DNA of 52,994 nucleotides, filler included, from Dimargaris cristalligena (lineage: Eukaryota): the NCBI GenBank assembly GCA_003614675.1. It is 2 parts of 2 records of this genome, joined end to end, with 100 filler letters (N's around TTAATTAATTAA, not from the genome) between each part and the next. Parts side by side here need not be neighbours in the genome. Positions count along the whole stretch, not along the records: positions 1 to 26,468 come from ML002540.1; positions 26,569 to 52,994 come from ML002541.1. One strand, 5' to 3'. Under the pieces are notes generated by a model. The model saw only the letters and a program-made list of their open reading frames with translations, was not told the origin of the DNA and did not search any database. The position numbers and the translations under genes were made by a program. This document shows, one piece after another, positions 22,704 to 34,370 of the stretch (position 1 is its first letter; each line of letters starts with the position of its first letter).

Positions 22704-24556
22704 ATGGCCCGGGATCAGGCAACCAAGATTGACACGTCTATAAACTGGTCACATTTCCTCGGTGGCGGGTAAGTGACATGCTCTCCTAAGGATTTGCCCG
22801 GCTTTTGAATCCCTGGACCGACTGAGAAGAGAGCCAAAGGCCAATAATGGGGGGAGGGGGCAAATCGGCACCACCGAATCACCTATATATTTTCTTAGCC
22901 TAGAGTAAGAAGGCTTAGGTTAGCCAGTCTCAGTATATCCCAATGGTTATTAACCCTTTGTTTTCGATCTGCGGAAATATGATTATCGCCCATATTGTAG
23001 CATCGGGGGAACGGTCGGAGCGGTATTGACGTGTCCGTTAGAGGTCGTTAAGACCCGCCTTCAGGTAAGCTACCGATCCCGAGCATATCTGTCTATTCGC
23101 CGAGCAGCCCCCACTCGGAACAGCCTTACACGGTCGTTTTTTTTAAAAAAAAATTACGATACCGCTCTACCCTTAGTCCGCCAAAAATTTAAAATACACA
23201 CCTATTAATGAACCTCACTGAACCCTGGCTCACCCATACACACACACACACACACACACACATACTCTCTCTTTTAATATATATATATATATATAATATT
23301 TTAGTCCTCCCAATACCGAGGCGAGGATCTAAAACAAATGATCGGCCGTACCGCCGCCGCCACGCCCTCTACTCCTTCCGCCGCCCCGTCCGTCCTGGCT
23401 CGCATCGTCCGCCCCATTAGCGGCACTTTTTCCATTGTCCACAAAATGTACACGCTCGAGGGCATCGGAGGCCTATTCAAGGGCATCGGCCCGAACCTAG
23501 TAGGTGTCATTCCCTCGCGTGCCATCTCGTTCGCCACGTACGGTAACGCCAAGCGCATCTATACCGAACTGAACCATAACCGGGAAGGTCCCCTTGTGTA
23601 TTTGTCTGCCGCCGCCACCGCGGGCATCGTCACCGCCACGGCGACAAACCCTATTTGGCTGGTGAAGACCCGCATGCAGCTTCAAAGTCAAGTGGGGTCG
23701 GCGGCGGCGGCGTCTGCGAATGGTGTCCCAGTGTATAGAAACAGTCTCCATTGCCTATATCGGGTGGCGAAGGACGAGGGGCTGCGAGGTCTGTATAAGG
23801 GACTTACAGCATCATATCTAGGTAGGTGGTAATCATGGATGTACAGCCCATGGTATATTTGAAAATATCGGCTTATATTTCAGCGCGTTTATATTAATTG
23901 AGCCTGTTTATTCTTGATTAGGAATGATCTGGATATAACTTTCTATACAACCTTTTTGAGACTGCCTGTAAGCTTGGTACCACCCCCCTCCCCTCCACTG
24001 CTGGTACTAACTATCCCTCCATCGATGTGTGATTATACCATTGTTAACCATTAACTCTTCAGGCGTAGCGGAATCAGCCATTCAGTGGGTCATTTACGAG
24101 CAGCTCAAAAAGATGATCCGTGACCGCTCAGAAATCAACAACCTGGCGACCATCCAATCGCAAAAATTACCCTCGGCTTCATCCTCATTATCATCAGCAT
24201 CAGCATCATCATCACCACCAACAATAGCAACCACCACGACAACCAAAACCACCAAACCGTGGCTGGAGTATTTCGGGGCCGCCGGAACGGCCAAATTCTT
24301 AGCGGCGGTAATCACGTACCCCCACGAGGTTCTACGTACCCGTCTGCGGCAGGTCTCGCTGGTCGCCAGCACCGGCTCTGGACCGGGCGTGATGGTGGCC
24401 CCCTATCGTAATCTGGCCCATTGCTTCTCCACCATCGTGCGGGAGGAGGGGGTGGCGGCCCTATACGGGGGTATGACTGCCCATTTGCTGCGGACGGTAC
24501 CGAATGCCGCGATTATGTTCTTCTGTTATGAATTTGTGGTGCAGCATTTCGGTTAA
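22704..24556 (+). CDS. RIM2: Mitochondrial carrier, Rim2/SLC25A33-36 (pyrimidine nucleotide carrier) type; 4 exons
   Basis: Exons 22704-22768, 23001-23064, 23305-23821, 24063-24556. Three carrier signatures TCPLEVVKTRLQ, TNPIWLVKTRMQ, TYPHEVLRTRLR; Rim2-typical GPNLVGVIPSRAI and AHLLRTVPN. Confidence 0.9.
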
Positions 24557-25069
24557 GACTCTGTGTGAGATTGGGGACGGATCACTCGGTTTCCAGAGAA
24601 TGGTGGACTAAATATAACCACATACACACTCACTCACGCTGGCAATACCTGAGACACTATGTCCTTTAACGGACCCGACGTATCTCGGAGGATCCGGCAT
24701 AAGTCAACCTCACCTAGTCCCAGTATTATACTTACATTTTCTTTCATTTACTTTTTGCTTCCATTCTATTTTGACTGACAGATTGTATTACTAGCAATAA
24801 AACAGCCATTCCATTACCTTACCGTCCTTGAATCGGGAGTGGCATTCTAAGCTAAAGTTGGTTATTTAGGACAAATATAAATGAAGATGTATTTGTAAAG
24901 GAGGGGAGTGTCTCAAATTTGTAAAGAGTGGGCTGGAACAGGCGTGTAATAAAAACATAGGTGAAATTCGGTCCTGCAGTGTACGGCTTTAAATGATATG
25001 TGTATGTGAATATAGACAGAGGATTTATATTCTATCAGTAGCGTTTACCGCATCCAACGGATTTATTGC

Positions 25070-26468
25070 TATAAAGCCTGGCTAGACCCATCCTATATTT
25101 ATATAAAAAGACCGGGAATGACCCGGCCAGCCGTCAAGAAAATGCTTGGAAGTGCTAGCAAAGACCCTTGTCACTACTAAACCAAGGCTATGACAACGAC
25201 TGCATTGATGTCGCGTAATATTGGCGGTTGGCCAGTGTCACACGAGTATTTATGCAAAAAAAAAAGATCGCCAATTGGTTTACGAGTTCTAGACATTGGC
25301 CTCCTAAAAAATGGTGTCGATTTATCCGAACCGCTCGCCTAGTGCAACGAAAATTAATATTGGAAATAAACAGTCGGGGGAAGAAATAATCATACATATG
25401 CCGAGAAGTTCGAAATACAAGTCTAAAATATGCTGTATTAGATAGACCACTGTAAAAAAGTGGCGAATAAAAGCGGAAAGGGGCGCCTGTGAGGCATTAG
25501 CTTTGAAAACGACCCCTTCAATCATAAACGTCAGCCGAACCATATAATGAAGGGTAAAAACATAATATACATATTATTGTGGCATATTCTACTAACCAGC
25601 TGCCTCAGTCTCCCTAGGTTACTCGAATTGAAGTTTCCTATTGAACAATGGCGACTGGAATGTCAGCCATCTTGCAACAAATATTATAAGAAGTAAAACG
25701 AACTGCTAGACAATCAGTCGCACTAACACCGCCACTTCAAGCCGCTTTAAACCACTATCCCGATTGTTCAACCACTACAAATGTCATAAGAAGTAGGGGT
25801 AACATATAATCGATAGCCATATTATCACTAAAAAGCTCTTCTAACCAATTCCCTTAGACCCATTGCAATTATATATAAATAGTGACCATCAACTCCCTTA
25901 AACTTAATAAGACAACAGAATATACAAAAAAATATTTATTAAAAAGATTAAAAAAACTACAGGCGGGGTAGTAAATACTACCCACCTGCAGCCTGCTCTA
26001 AATAATCTCGATTTACGATATTATTGTATTCCTCGGTTGAGAGGAAGTGTATCCTTAACCAAGGAAGAGCATTGCGAAGGGCTCGGCAGATAGGCCGGCC
26101 AGGCTTGTATACACTCAGTTGTAATAAACTATACTGATTGCGTAGAGCTGGAAACAGCCACGTAATCGCAATATAATTTACTGCAACCCGCATATACAAT
26201 AGGGAGTTTGTCGCGAACTCACTGGGCATAAGATCCCTGGTGAATATCGCATCGCGATGGCACAAATCGAAATGTACCAGGCGCGGACAGAAACGCAGTG
26301 CGTAGTTGATTTCCCGCTCTTCGCAGACACAATTAGTCAACCGCAGTTTCTGTAGGTTCAACCCGACTAGGTCAATTACCTTTTTCAAAAGAGTGCCGCT
26401 AAGAGCCACCTCATGAAAAACCAGGCTGGTAATTGACCCAGCCATGGGCTGGTTCATGTTGAATGGCA
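25070..26468 (-). repeat. Right arm of the ~1.4 kb inverted repeat
   Basis: Reverse complement of 1-~1400; ends at the contig break on the base equivalent to position 1. Confidence 0.92.
25978..26466 (-). CDS. Leucine-rich-repeat-like protein, 5'-truncated by the contig end (copy 2)
   Basis: Paralog of 12-491: 3 aa differences in residues 1-84 and 16 in residues 85-159. Confidence 0.6.
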   Translation of the reverse strand, partial: PFNMNQPMAGSITSLVFHEVALSGTLLKKVIDLVGLNLQKLRLTNCVCEEREINYALRFCPRLVHFDLCHRDAIFTRDLMPSEFATNSLLYMRVAVNYIAITWLFPALRNQYSLLQLSVYKPGRPICRALRNALPWLRIHFLSTEEYNNIVNRDYLEQAAGG

Positions 26469-26568
26469 NNNNNNNNNNNNNNNNNNNNNNNNNNNNNNNN
26501 NNNNNNNNNNNNTTAATTAATTAANNNNNNNNNNNNNNNNNNNNNNNNNNNNNNNNNNNNNNNNNNNN
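26469..26568. other. Artificial contig-joining linker (44 N + TTAATTAATTAA + 44 N)
   Basis: Exactly 100 nt with a six-frame stop palindrome in the centre. Flanking pieces are 26468 and 26426 nt, consistent with length-sorted concatenation. Confidence 0.95.
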
Positions 26569-27316
26569 GTCTTCCCACCATGGGAAATCTAGAAGCCTAA
26601 AGCTAGATTTATGAGAGAACCTCAGCATAGCTTGTGAGGATTTATCACTTGACAACCAGAGATGAATCAGAGGACCTCTTCATAGTGGTGACGTTTCCAG
26701 ACCGTGTTCTAATCTTATAAGAAATGGATAGGCCCTCTTCTGATGCCTTAACAAAATCACCAAGGTAAAGTACATACGATATGGTAAACCCTTTTATGTA
26801 TTCAACCAGTATAGGGGAGGGGTACTGCACACTTATTTTTTATAGACGTGAATATGATTTAAAGAGTTCGGGATGGTCGGTGACTCGAAATAAGTGGGGA
26901 AATAAAGAGAGGTCACAACAGTTAAAAAATGCAATTGGATGCGGATTTTGTTGAATATAATAAAAAGTAGACACTTCCCGTCACCTCCCCCACCCCTCAT
27001 CTCCTTTTTTGGGAGAAAAGGGATAGGAATGGACCCAGAGGGGGGTGCTCTCTAATGTGACACGCCCACTAAACAAATCATGGTAGAAAGAAGGGAAGAG
27101 AATACTACAGCTGTATACCAGGGAGGCAGATTATAGCTATCCTAGAACATATCAGTCGAAAAACAAAGGAAAGCGGTGTGTAGGTGTGCTGTGATCGAAA
27201 AGAGTACATTTCTAATTAATAGTTGAAGGAAAGGAGCTTCACGTCTCAATTTATCTTTGTTTGAAAAAATAATACTAATATATCCATTATTGAGTGGTTT
27301 GCTTTGGTGGCTCTAT

Positions 27317-29656
27317 TTAATCAACATCCATCTCGCCGGTAGACTTGGGCGGGGCGGCGGCCTCGGGGGTAGCGGTGGTGTCGGTCACCTCAGGGGCAGC
27401 AGCGGCCGGGGCCGGCTCGGGGGTGGCGGGCTTGGGCTTAGGCTTGGAGAGGATGGGGGTAGCGAAGTGGGCCAACTCAGTCCGCTCGGTGTTAATCTGG
27501 GACGCGAAGACGGCCAAGGGAGCGTAGGCGGGCTGAGCCTTCTGGGTGGCCATGGCGTTGTCCAACCAGGTCTGGGCCTTCTGGGCCCGCTCGACGACCT
27601 TCTTCTTTTCCTCGGCGGCGATGTGGGCGAACCGCTCCTCCTTACCGGAGGCGCTGGTCAGGAACTTGCGGATGGCGTCGCGGAGCTGGGTCTCGGCCTT
27701 GGGCAGGAGCTCGGCCTCGCGCTGGCGTTCCACAGCACCGTCACCCACGGAGCGGAGGGTATTCAGACGTTCGACGTAGGCGCTCTTGGTGGTGTCGTCA
27801 CCATCGCCGTACAGCCAGTCCTCGGTGTCGTTCAAATCAGCCAGGAATTTAGACAGGACCGAGGGTTCCAGGAAGGGCCGCAGAGAGCCTTCGACCTTGG
27901 ACCGCATTTCGTACACGTATTCCTCGACTTCGTTCTTCTTGTGCTCGGTGTCGACCACCAGCTTATCGGAGGAAGCCATCTCGCCTTCGGTCGAGCAAAG
28001 CTGCTGAACCAGCTTGACATCCAGGTTAGTGGTGACACCCACGACCTGCAGATCCTGCTTGCGGACCTGCTTCTTAACAGTCTTCTTGGGGGCGGCCTCC
28101 TCGCCGACGGCGGGGCTCTCGCCGGACTCGTCCACCTCCTCCTCTTCTTCGCCGGGAACATCCTCAACCACGTAGGCGCTGTCGACGCTCAGGATACCGT
28201 GGATGTTGAGGCGGGCCTTGACCTTAATGGTGCTCAGTTCGCCCTTGGGGTCGGCTGTGACACCCTTGATGCTGAACCGTCCCAGCCAGGGCTTGATACC
28301 GTGGGGGAGCTCCTCGGGGCGGGCGTAGTAGGCCTCCACGTCAAAGGGGTTGCGACGGTAGAAGGTCAGGATCTTAGTGCTGGGCACCACGTTGTTACGG
28401 GGGAAGGCCACCAGCTCGCTTTCGGCGGGGCTCTCCTTGATGGGCTCCCAGACGAACTTGATGGGGTAGGAGTTGGTGTCCCGGACCTGGAAGTCACGCA
28501 CCTTGAAGGCGGGGGACAGCATGGCGCACTGCAGGGCACAGCCCCGGGCGACGGCCTCATCCTGGTTCAGGGTGAAGCTGAGCTCGCGCTGGAAGAACTC
28601 GCTGATGCGCTGCTTGACGGCGGGAATACGGGTGCACCCACCGACCATTTCGACGAAGTCCACGTCCTGCACCTGCAGGCCGGAGAGGGCCAGGGCCTGT
28701 TCGAGGGGGTTGATCATCCGGTCAATCAGGGGAGCGATCAAGGCCTCGAACTCTTCACGGTTCATGAGGGCGCTCACGTCCATATCGTCCATGATGTTCT
28801 CCACGTTGAGCATGGCCTGGGGGTTGGCGGACAGTACCTTCTTAAGCTTCTCGCAGCCGACGCGCAGACGCAGGATGGCCTTCTTGTTGCTTCGGATATC
28901 GATCTTCTTGGTTTCCATGAAGTGGTCGGCGAAGTGGTTCACCAGGGCCTCGTCGAAGTAGCGGCCACCCAAATGACGGTCAAAAGAGGTGGATTTGATG
29001 GTGAGCTGGCCCTTGCGGAATCCAACAATGGCCACACTGTAGGATGAGTGACCCATGTCGACGAAAGCCACGTGGCGGGTGGTATCCTCGGGCAGATCGG
29101 TCTTGGTGATACCGTAGCCCAGGGCGGCGGCGGCGGTGTCGGACATGAGACGCAGGCAGTTAAGGCCGGCGATTTCAGCGGCGCTCAAGATGTGGCGTCG
29201 CTGGCTGTCGGTGTACCAACCGGGCACGGAGATAACGACATCCGACACGGCGGTCTTCAGGTCGGCCGAGGCGGTTTCGCGCAGTTTCGACAGGTACATA
29301 GCCACCAGTTGGGTGGCACTGAAGGTGTTCTCGCTACCCAGGTACTGGACCCGGACACCCACCTCGCCATCCACGTCGCACAGAGGGGCGGTGATGAACT
29401 GGGCCTCGACCTCCTGGATGTCCTTATCGGCAAACGACCGGCCGACCAGGCGCTTGAGGGAGCCCACGGTATTACGGAAGTTGGACACCTCCTGGGTCTT
29501 GGCGGCCTCACCGAGGAAACGGCGCTTGGTGCCGAACGACACCAGGGAAGGGGTGGTCCGGTTGGACACCTCGTTGCACACAATGTCGATCCCGCGGTTG
29601 CGAGCCACTGCGATCAGGGACTGCAAATTACCAAAGTCGATACCGATGACGGACAT
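27317..29656 (-). CDS. SSE1: Hsp110-family chaperone / Hsp70 nucleotide exchange factor (Sse1/Pss1/Hsp88)
   Basis: MSVIGIDFGN, NEVSNRTTPSLVSF, TLNQDEAVARGCALQCAMLSP, KNEVEEYVYEMR, TEDWLYGDG and C-terminal MDVD. ATG at 29656, intronless, strong codon bias. Confidence 0.96.
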   Translation of the reverse strand: MSVIGIDFGNLQSLIAVARNRGIDIVCNEVSNRTTPSLVSFGTKRRFLGEAAKTQEVSNFRNTVGSLKRLVGRSFADKDIQEVEAQFITAPLCDVDGEVGVRVQYLGSENTFSATQLVAMYLSKLRETASADLKTAVSDVVISVPGWYTDSQRRHILSAAEIAGLNCLRLMSDTAAAALGYGITKTDLPEDTTRHVAFVDMGHSSYSVAIVGFRKGQLTIKSTSFDRHLGGRYFDEALVNHFADHFMETKKIDIRSNKKAILRLRVGCEKLKKVLSANPQAMLNVENIMDDMDVSALMNREEFEALIAPLIDRMINPLEQALALSGLQVQDVDFVEMVGGCTRIPAVKQRISEFFQRELSFTLNQDEAVARGCALQCAMLSPAFKVRDFQVRDTNSYPIKFVWEPIKESPAESELVAFPRNNVVPSTKILTFYRRNPFDVEAYYARPEELPHGIKPWLGRFSIKGVTADPKGELSTIKVKARLNIHGILSVDSAYVVEDVPGEEEEEVDESGESPAVGEEAAPKKTVKKQVRKQDLQVVGVTTNLDVKLVQQLCSTEGEMASSDKLVVDTEHKKNEVEEYVYEMRSKVEGSLRPFLEPSVLSKFLADLNDTEDWLYGDGDDTTKSAYVERLNTLRSVGDGAVERQREAELLPKAETQLRDAIRKFLTSASGKEERFAHIAAEEKKKVVERAQKAQTWLDNAMATQKAQPAYAPLAVFASQINTERTELAHFATPILSKPKPKPATPEPAPAAAAPEVTDTTATPEAAAPPKSTGEMDVD

Positions 29657-29890
29657 GGTGAATAGATGGGAATACTGGAAAGAGATGGTAGGGGAGGCAA
29701 AAACTATAACGGAAGGATAAAAAGAAGAACCGGGTGCGGAAGGCAAGCAGGGTAAGTAAGTAGTAGTAGTAGTGGGGGGGTGTTGTGGTCTTGCAAGGGA
29801 AGGGGAGTATAATAAGAGAGAGGACAACAACTTCCAACTAGTGTGAGCTATACAAAAAGTGGAGAGGAGAGGTGGCCCGCCCACGGCTAA

Positions 29891-30065
29891 ATTTTATAGT
29901 TGGGAAAATATTCCTATACTATACTATACTATACTATACTACCCGGTGTATGGACTTCCCAAATTGGTCCCGGGCTGATGGGAAAAAACGGGACCCAATT
30001 TAGCACTGGAAGCGTGCCGTAGGTTCCAGAACTATGTGCTAAGCCAATCGACGGTTCCGATTCCA
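29891..30065 (-). promoter_or_regulatory. Putative SSE1 promoter: TATA box, heat-shock-element-like units, CCAAT
   Basis: TATAAAAT (minus strand) at 29898-29891; TTCcaGAA at 30024-30031 with further GAA/TTC units nearby; CCAAT at ~30044; (CTATA)n tract at 29914-29942. Confidence 0.5.
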
Positions 30066-31739
30066 TGCACCACTCAAACTGGCTGGCGGAAAAATAAAAA
30101 CCTCCCCACGAGTAGCCGGCCGGTTAAAACATGCCCGTGGGTTGGTGGGGAAAATAAGTCCCGCCTATATTGGCTGTGGTGAGGGCTACGCCCATCTAAA
30201 ACCCTCTCCCCCAACCCCTCCCTCCCAGTGTATTGTGTGGTAAAGCGCTAGCCAACTCTCACTCTCTCTTCACTCTCTCTCTCTCTCCCTCTCTCTGTAA
30301 TAATAAACAAAGAGGGGAATAACCACCTCACCTATAAATCGAGTCTATATACGATTCGGGTTAGATACCATGGCTTGGCCCATTCCCGCCATCGCCCAGC
30401 GAATTACTGTAATCCATGTCGAAATTCGAGGCTAACCAGCGACCGGTAGGCCTCCTCTATGGATTGATTGTCGAAATTACTTTAAATTAAGGTATAGCAA
30501 ACTAAGTACTGGAGAGTCAATAGCAACAATGCTCGGCGGGACTGGTATATAGACCCCATTGGATATTAGGAAAGCCGCCATGCCATGCCCACCCATTCAG
30601 GGAAACCTGGCTTTACTAATCGCAGCCTTTACATCGCCCCTAAATCCAGACAAACCAATGGAGCTATATCTGCCCTACCCTTCCAACTAATCAATGTAAG
30701 AGGAAAGGGCACTACTGGATCTCACCATCTGTATCTTTGGGATTAACATGCCTAACAGATTGCCTGGTGTAGGTGGGATGCTGTAAAGAGGAAGTATTTC
30801 CCGATATTGATCTTGCCGAGCCCACTAAACAGTACCCCCCCCACATGTAACCAATCTCGCGTAGCTCTATCTAAACTCAAAGGATGTGTGGTTGGTGGCT
30901 CCTATAATAACTATATGAATTTTTTATAATATTAACATCTAAAAGCACACTCGTTCGTATAAGCCGAGACTAACTAAACATCTTCATAATTACAACTACC
31001 AGAATACACATGTATACATCACATCGAATGCAACAGGAAAAACAAAGCCAGGCACATCACTCGGCCCTAAACGAATAACATCTAGCGAAACGCACTAAAC
31101 TCAAAAATATGCAGCCAACATAACAGCAGAAACGATCAAAAAATTGGTTCAGAAAACCATCTACACAGCGGACAAAACAAAAAAAATCTACGACGGACCG
31201 AAATCAAAAATCAACAGCGAGGAGAGCATCGTGACCACCACCAATATCACATCACTGTGGTTTCTAGAAGACCAGGGGGGAGTAGGGCAACCTCCCATTC
31301 ACCGAAAGAAAGTATGATCCCTTTCAAGGTAGTGGTGGTGATAAGTGACAGTAAATACAGGGCTACTGCAAGGGGGGGAGGTATGAAATTAAGTGGTTGT
31401 AGGCCAAAATAAAATATAAAAAAGCAGCAGTAACCGCCCCCATTGCAAATGTAATGGGCAGCTAGGAGGTACATACACATAAATACGCACACAAATGTAT
31501 AAAAAGAAGCATGAGGAAACAACCGATATGCATTCAAATATTTACATGGGAATGAGTGAAATGGACAGACAATGGAGGTAAGAAAGATAATGTGTGTGTG
31601 TGTGTGCGTATATATGGGGGGTTTGGCACATGGGTAATAAGATTGGTCGCGCGGCTGGCGCACTGGAAATTCTAACAGATATATCTAATCTAAAGTGGGA
31701 TGGGAAGCGTCCGAAAGAGCGCGCCAAGGGTGCGGGATT

Positions 31740-34370
31740 TTACGATCGAGGCGGGTGCCCGTAGTGGGGGTTTCCGCCAGTCCCATGAGGGGACATCAGG
31801 GGCTGTGAGCCGTCGCCAGGCTGACCTCCATAGGCAGCGTATTGCTGGGAATAGAACGGCTGGTGGTGGGGGTGACCACCCTGGCCAGTTCCCAAGTTGG
31901 CTACCGATCCAGCCGAATTCCCGGCCTGTTGTTGGAGGAGGCCGGAAGAAGACTGACCAGCCCCTCCACCAACCCCGGCGCCTCCCCCCATCTGAGAGCT
32001 CTGCGCTGGACTGTGGCCCGGGTTCACTCCGGTAGGAGTACCCGGAGGCTGCATAAAATGGTTACGCAGGTACTGGAACTGCATCATATTAGGCGCCTGG
32101 GAGGCTCCCATCCCCGGCTGACCAGTCGTTGGGGACAGGGGCGAGGGTCCCACCGAGGGATATTGATTGGTCGGCGAGACATGGTATGTCATGTATGAGT
32201 ATGTGGGCTGCTCGTGAGGGAGGTTGGAGTTGAAGTCGGGCTGTGAGGTGTGTGATGGGAAAGTTGGAAGAAAAGCATGGGATATAACGGCATCAGTTGG
32301 CAAAATGTCCATTCGAATTACATTACAGGTAAGTGCAGTTAGGAGATTACTGCGCGATTATCCTAAACAAGGGAAGTGCGGTCAGGTATAGTTGATGAGG
32401 CCAAAATAAAGAATACAGGGGCCATCCAGCTAGTAAATCGATGACTTTAACTTACTTTGTCGGACGATTTCGAAGGGGTGGCTCGGTTCAGTTCCTCACG
32501 AGGAACAATATCGATTAAAAAGTCGAACATGTCCGTCTTAGTGATTGCCGAGGCGATGTCACTTCGCTGCAGAGTTCGCCGCTTATTCTCCTCGGCGTGC
32601 AACCAGGCGCGCAATGTGAGCTCGAGGATCATGATCTCACTATAAGGGAATACAATTCGAGTTCAATACACAATTCAAAAATCGATATCAGCCACCATAA
32701 TCTGGGTATAATTGGGGAATGTTCGTGCTACGCCCTGTCCAATCCTCGAGTGGACGTACCTATACCCATTGGGGTATTCACTACTACCATTGATAGATCA
32801 TTTTCGAACTGCCATGATATCATTAAGCTGACTATGATCCCCAACCCTGTCCCCGTTTTTACTGAACCTACTGGTCACCGTAAGGCAGCCATTAACGTAG
32901 CAACCGAAGGTATGGCTGTGGTATTAGATTTGAAGACCCAATTACGAAAAAAAAAAGAACTTACCAGGACTTGGCGAATAAAATAGGCGCCTAATTATGA
33001 CCAGATACCATAGTATAAGATAGAAACGATGTTTGTTGAATCATAAAGCAAATCAGGAAACGTCGGTTAATTTAGTTGATTGAGTCTTGGACTACCATCG
33101 CTCACCTTATCGGCTCATACAACTAACCTTCCCCAAAACAGCGGTTGGATTAGACGGGGCGTACAAAGACGGTAATAAAATAAAATGCCCGGAGTGAGCA
33201 GGAGCCGCTCGCTGCCTCAATACTCAGCACAGTAATTATCAATAGGAATAACGAGGTGGTCAAATAAGGCAGGGATTACCATGCCTTACCATATCCCCAA
33301 AACTACCCTAGTAAATCAGTTCATTGAACACTTACCTCTGCGCTAATCATCTATATGTTAGAGTCACGAAAGAAATTACGGTGATGATAGTTGAGGAGGG
33401 GGGAGGAGGGAAACAAAAACAGGCAATGTGGTACGGAGTATAAGATAATATGCGAAGGGGGAATAAAAAAGACAATTGGAAACATACGTATAGAAGCAGG
33501 GGATTAGTATTCGCGCTATGAAACACTATAGTCCCATTTTGGGAATATTCGTTACACAAATCCTTTAAGCAAAACATCGCTAAAGATTGCCAAAGTGGGC
33601 TAGTCCTCACATCAATACTGTCATTAAAAAATATCGAAGAGCAGGTGAAGGGAATTGCGGGCTAAGTAGGGTTAATCGTGGGGTAATGGAAGTGACCGGC
33701 AACACCATTACTTGGCAACATGGGTATGGCGGGTCTGGCCCAGTCAAGACCGTAGCCTAAAATTCACAGGAGCTAAGCACCCCACAAGAACCACGACCGG
33801 CTGGTAAAAACAGGGCATATCGGAGCACACTAGTAGACGTCACAAATCAAACCCCACATCCCTTTCATAACAATTCGTCCAAAGACATCAAAATCGGAAA
33901 AAAAACCCATACCCAATGTCGAGTATGGAAAGGGTAATGGTGAGGAGTCTCGATAAGAGGATAACGATGGGATAAAATAAAAAATAGCCATTCTCCCAGC
34001 TGATACGTACCTTCACCTCGTCATCGGTTTTCATGACCTTTTTGATACGGGCAAGGGGCAGCTGGTGCACCTTAAAGTCTAGTTTGCCCGTCTGGATTTC
34101 ATGAATTTGGTTATTCCAAAAGTTTTGGATATGCTGTTGTTGGTGGGGGGCTAGGCCCTGGGGCTGGCCATGGGCTGACGAGGGTGTGCCGCCATGAGTT
34201 AAATAGGACGCAGTAGCAGCCGCTGACGGAGCCTGCCCAGAGAGACCTAATTGTAGGTTGGGGTCCATGAACGACTGAGCACCCAGGCCGACACCTTGGT
34301 TGGCATACGGACCACCAGCCTGTGGGACCTGGCCGGGAATGCCATAATGAGAGTTGGACTGATCGGCCAT
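31740..34370 (-). CDS. HAP5: CCAAT-binding factor subunit NF-YC/Hap5; 5 coding exons including two microexons
   Basis: Exons 34370-34011 ([19 protein letters not shown]), 33350-33336 (MISAE), 32990-32965 (APILFAKSC), 32639-32456 ([47 protein letters not shown]) and ~32240 (or 32207)-31740 (Q/G/P-rich tail). All junctions are GT-AG and in frame. Confidence 0.93.

Noticed and set aside
24170-24257. TCA/ACC trinucleotide-like tract in the RIM2 gene
   Set aside because: Encodes a low-complexity Ser/Thr loop between carrier repeats, which is common in fungal carriers.
1-26468. Giant DNA transposon (Maverick/Starship-like) with terminal inverted repeats
   Set aside because: No transposase, integrase, tyrosine recombinase or polymerase is visible, the cargo is mostly conserved housekeeping genes, and the repeats are gene paralogs that diverge inward.
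26469-26568. Palindromic TTAATTAATTAA within Ns as a biological site (e.g. piggyBac TTAA target), and linkage of the two halves
   Set aside because: It is a symmetric 100-nt synthetic six-frame-stop linker. Adjacency of contigs A and B is not evidence of genomic neighbourhood.
26569-26830. Short ORF at the start of contig B as a possible transposon remnant
   Set aside because: 61 aa with no recognisable motif; cannot be supported without a repeat-library search.
27257-29665. Long plus-strand ORFs (596 aa and 205 aa) antisense to Hsp110
   Set aside because: Stop-free antisense frames are a well-known by-product of biased codon usage in Hsp70-family genes. The translations are G/L/V-rich with no recognisable domain.
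29657-29884. N-terminal extension of Hsp110 suggested by the ORF track (similarly 3490-3546 for SNF12 and 34371-34517 for HAP5)
   Set aside because: These begin at GTG/TTG in pyrimidine-rich UTR-like sequence, and the first ATG gives the expected start. There is no evidence for non-AUG initiation from sequence alone.
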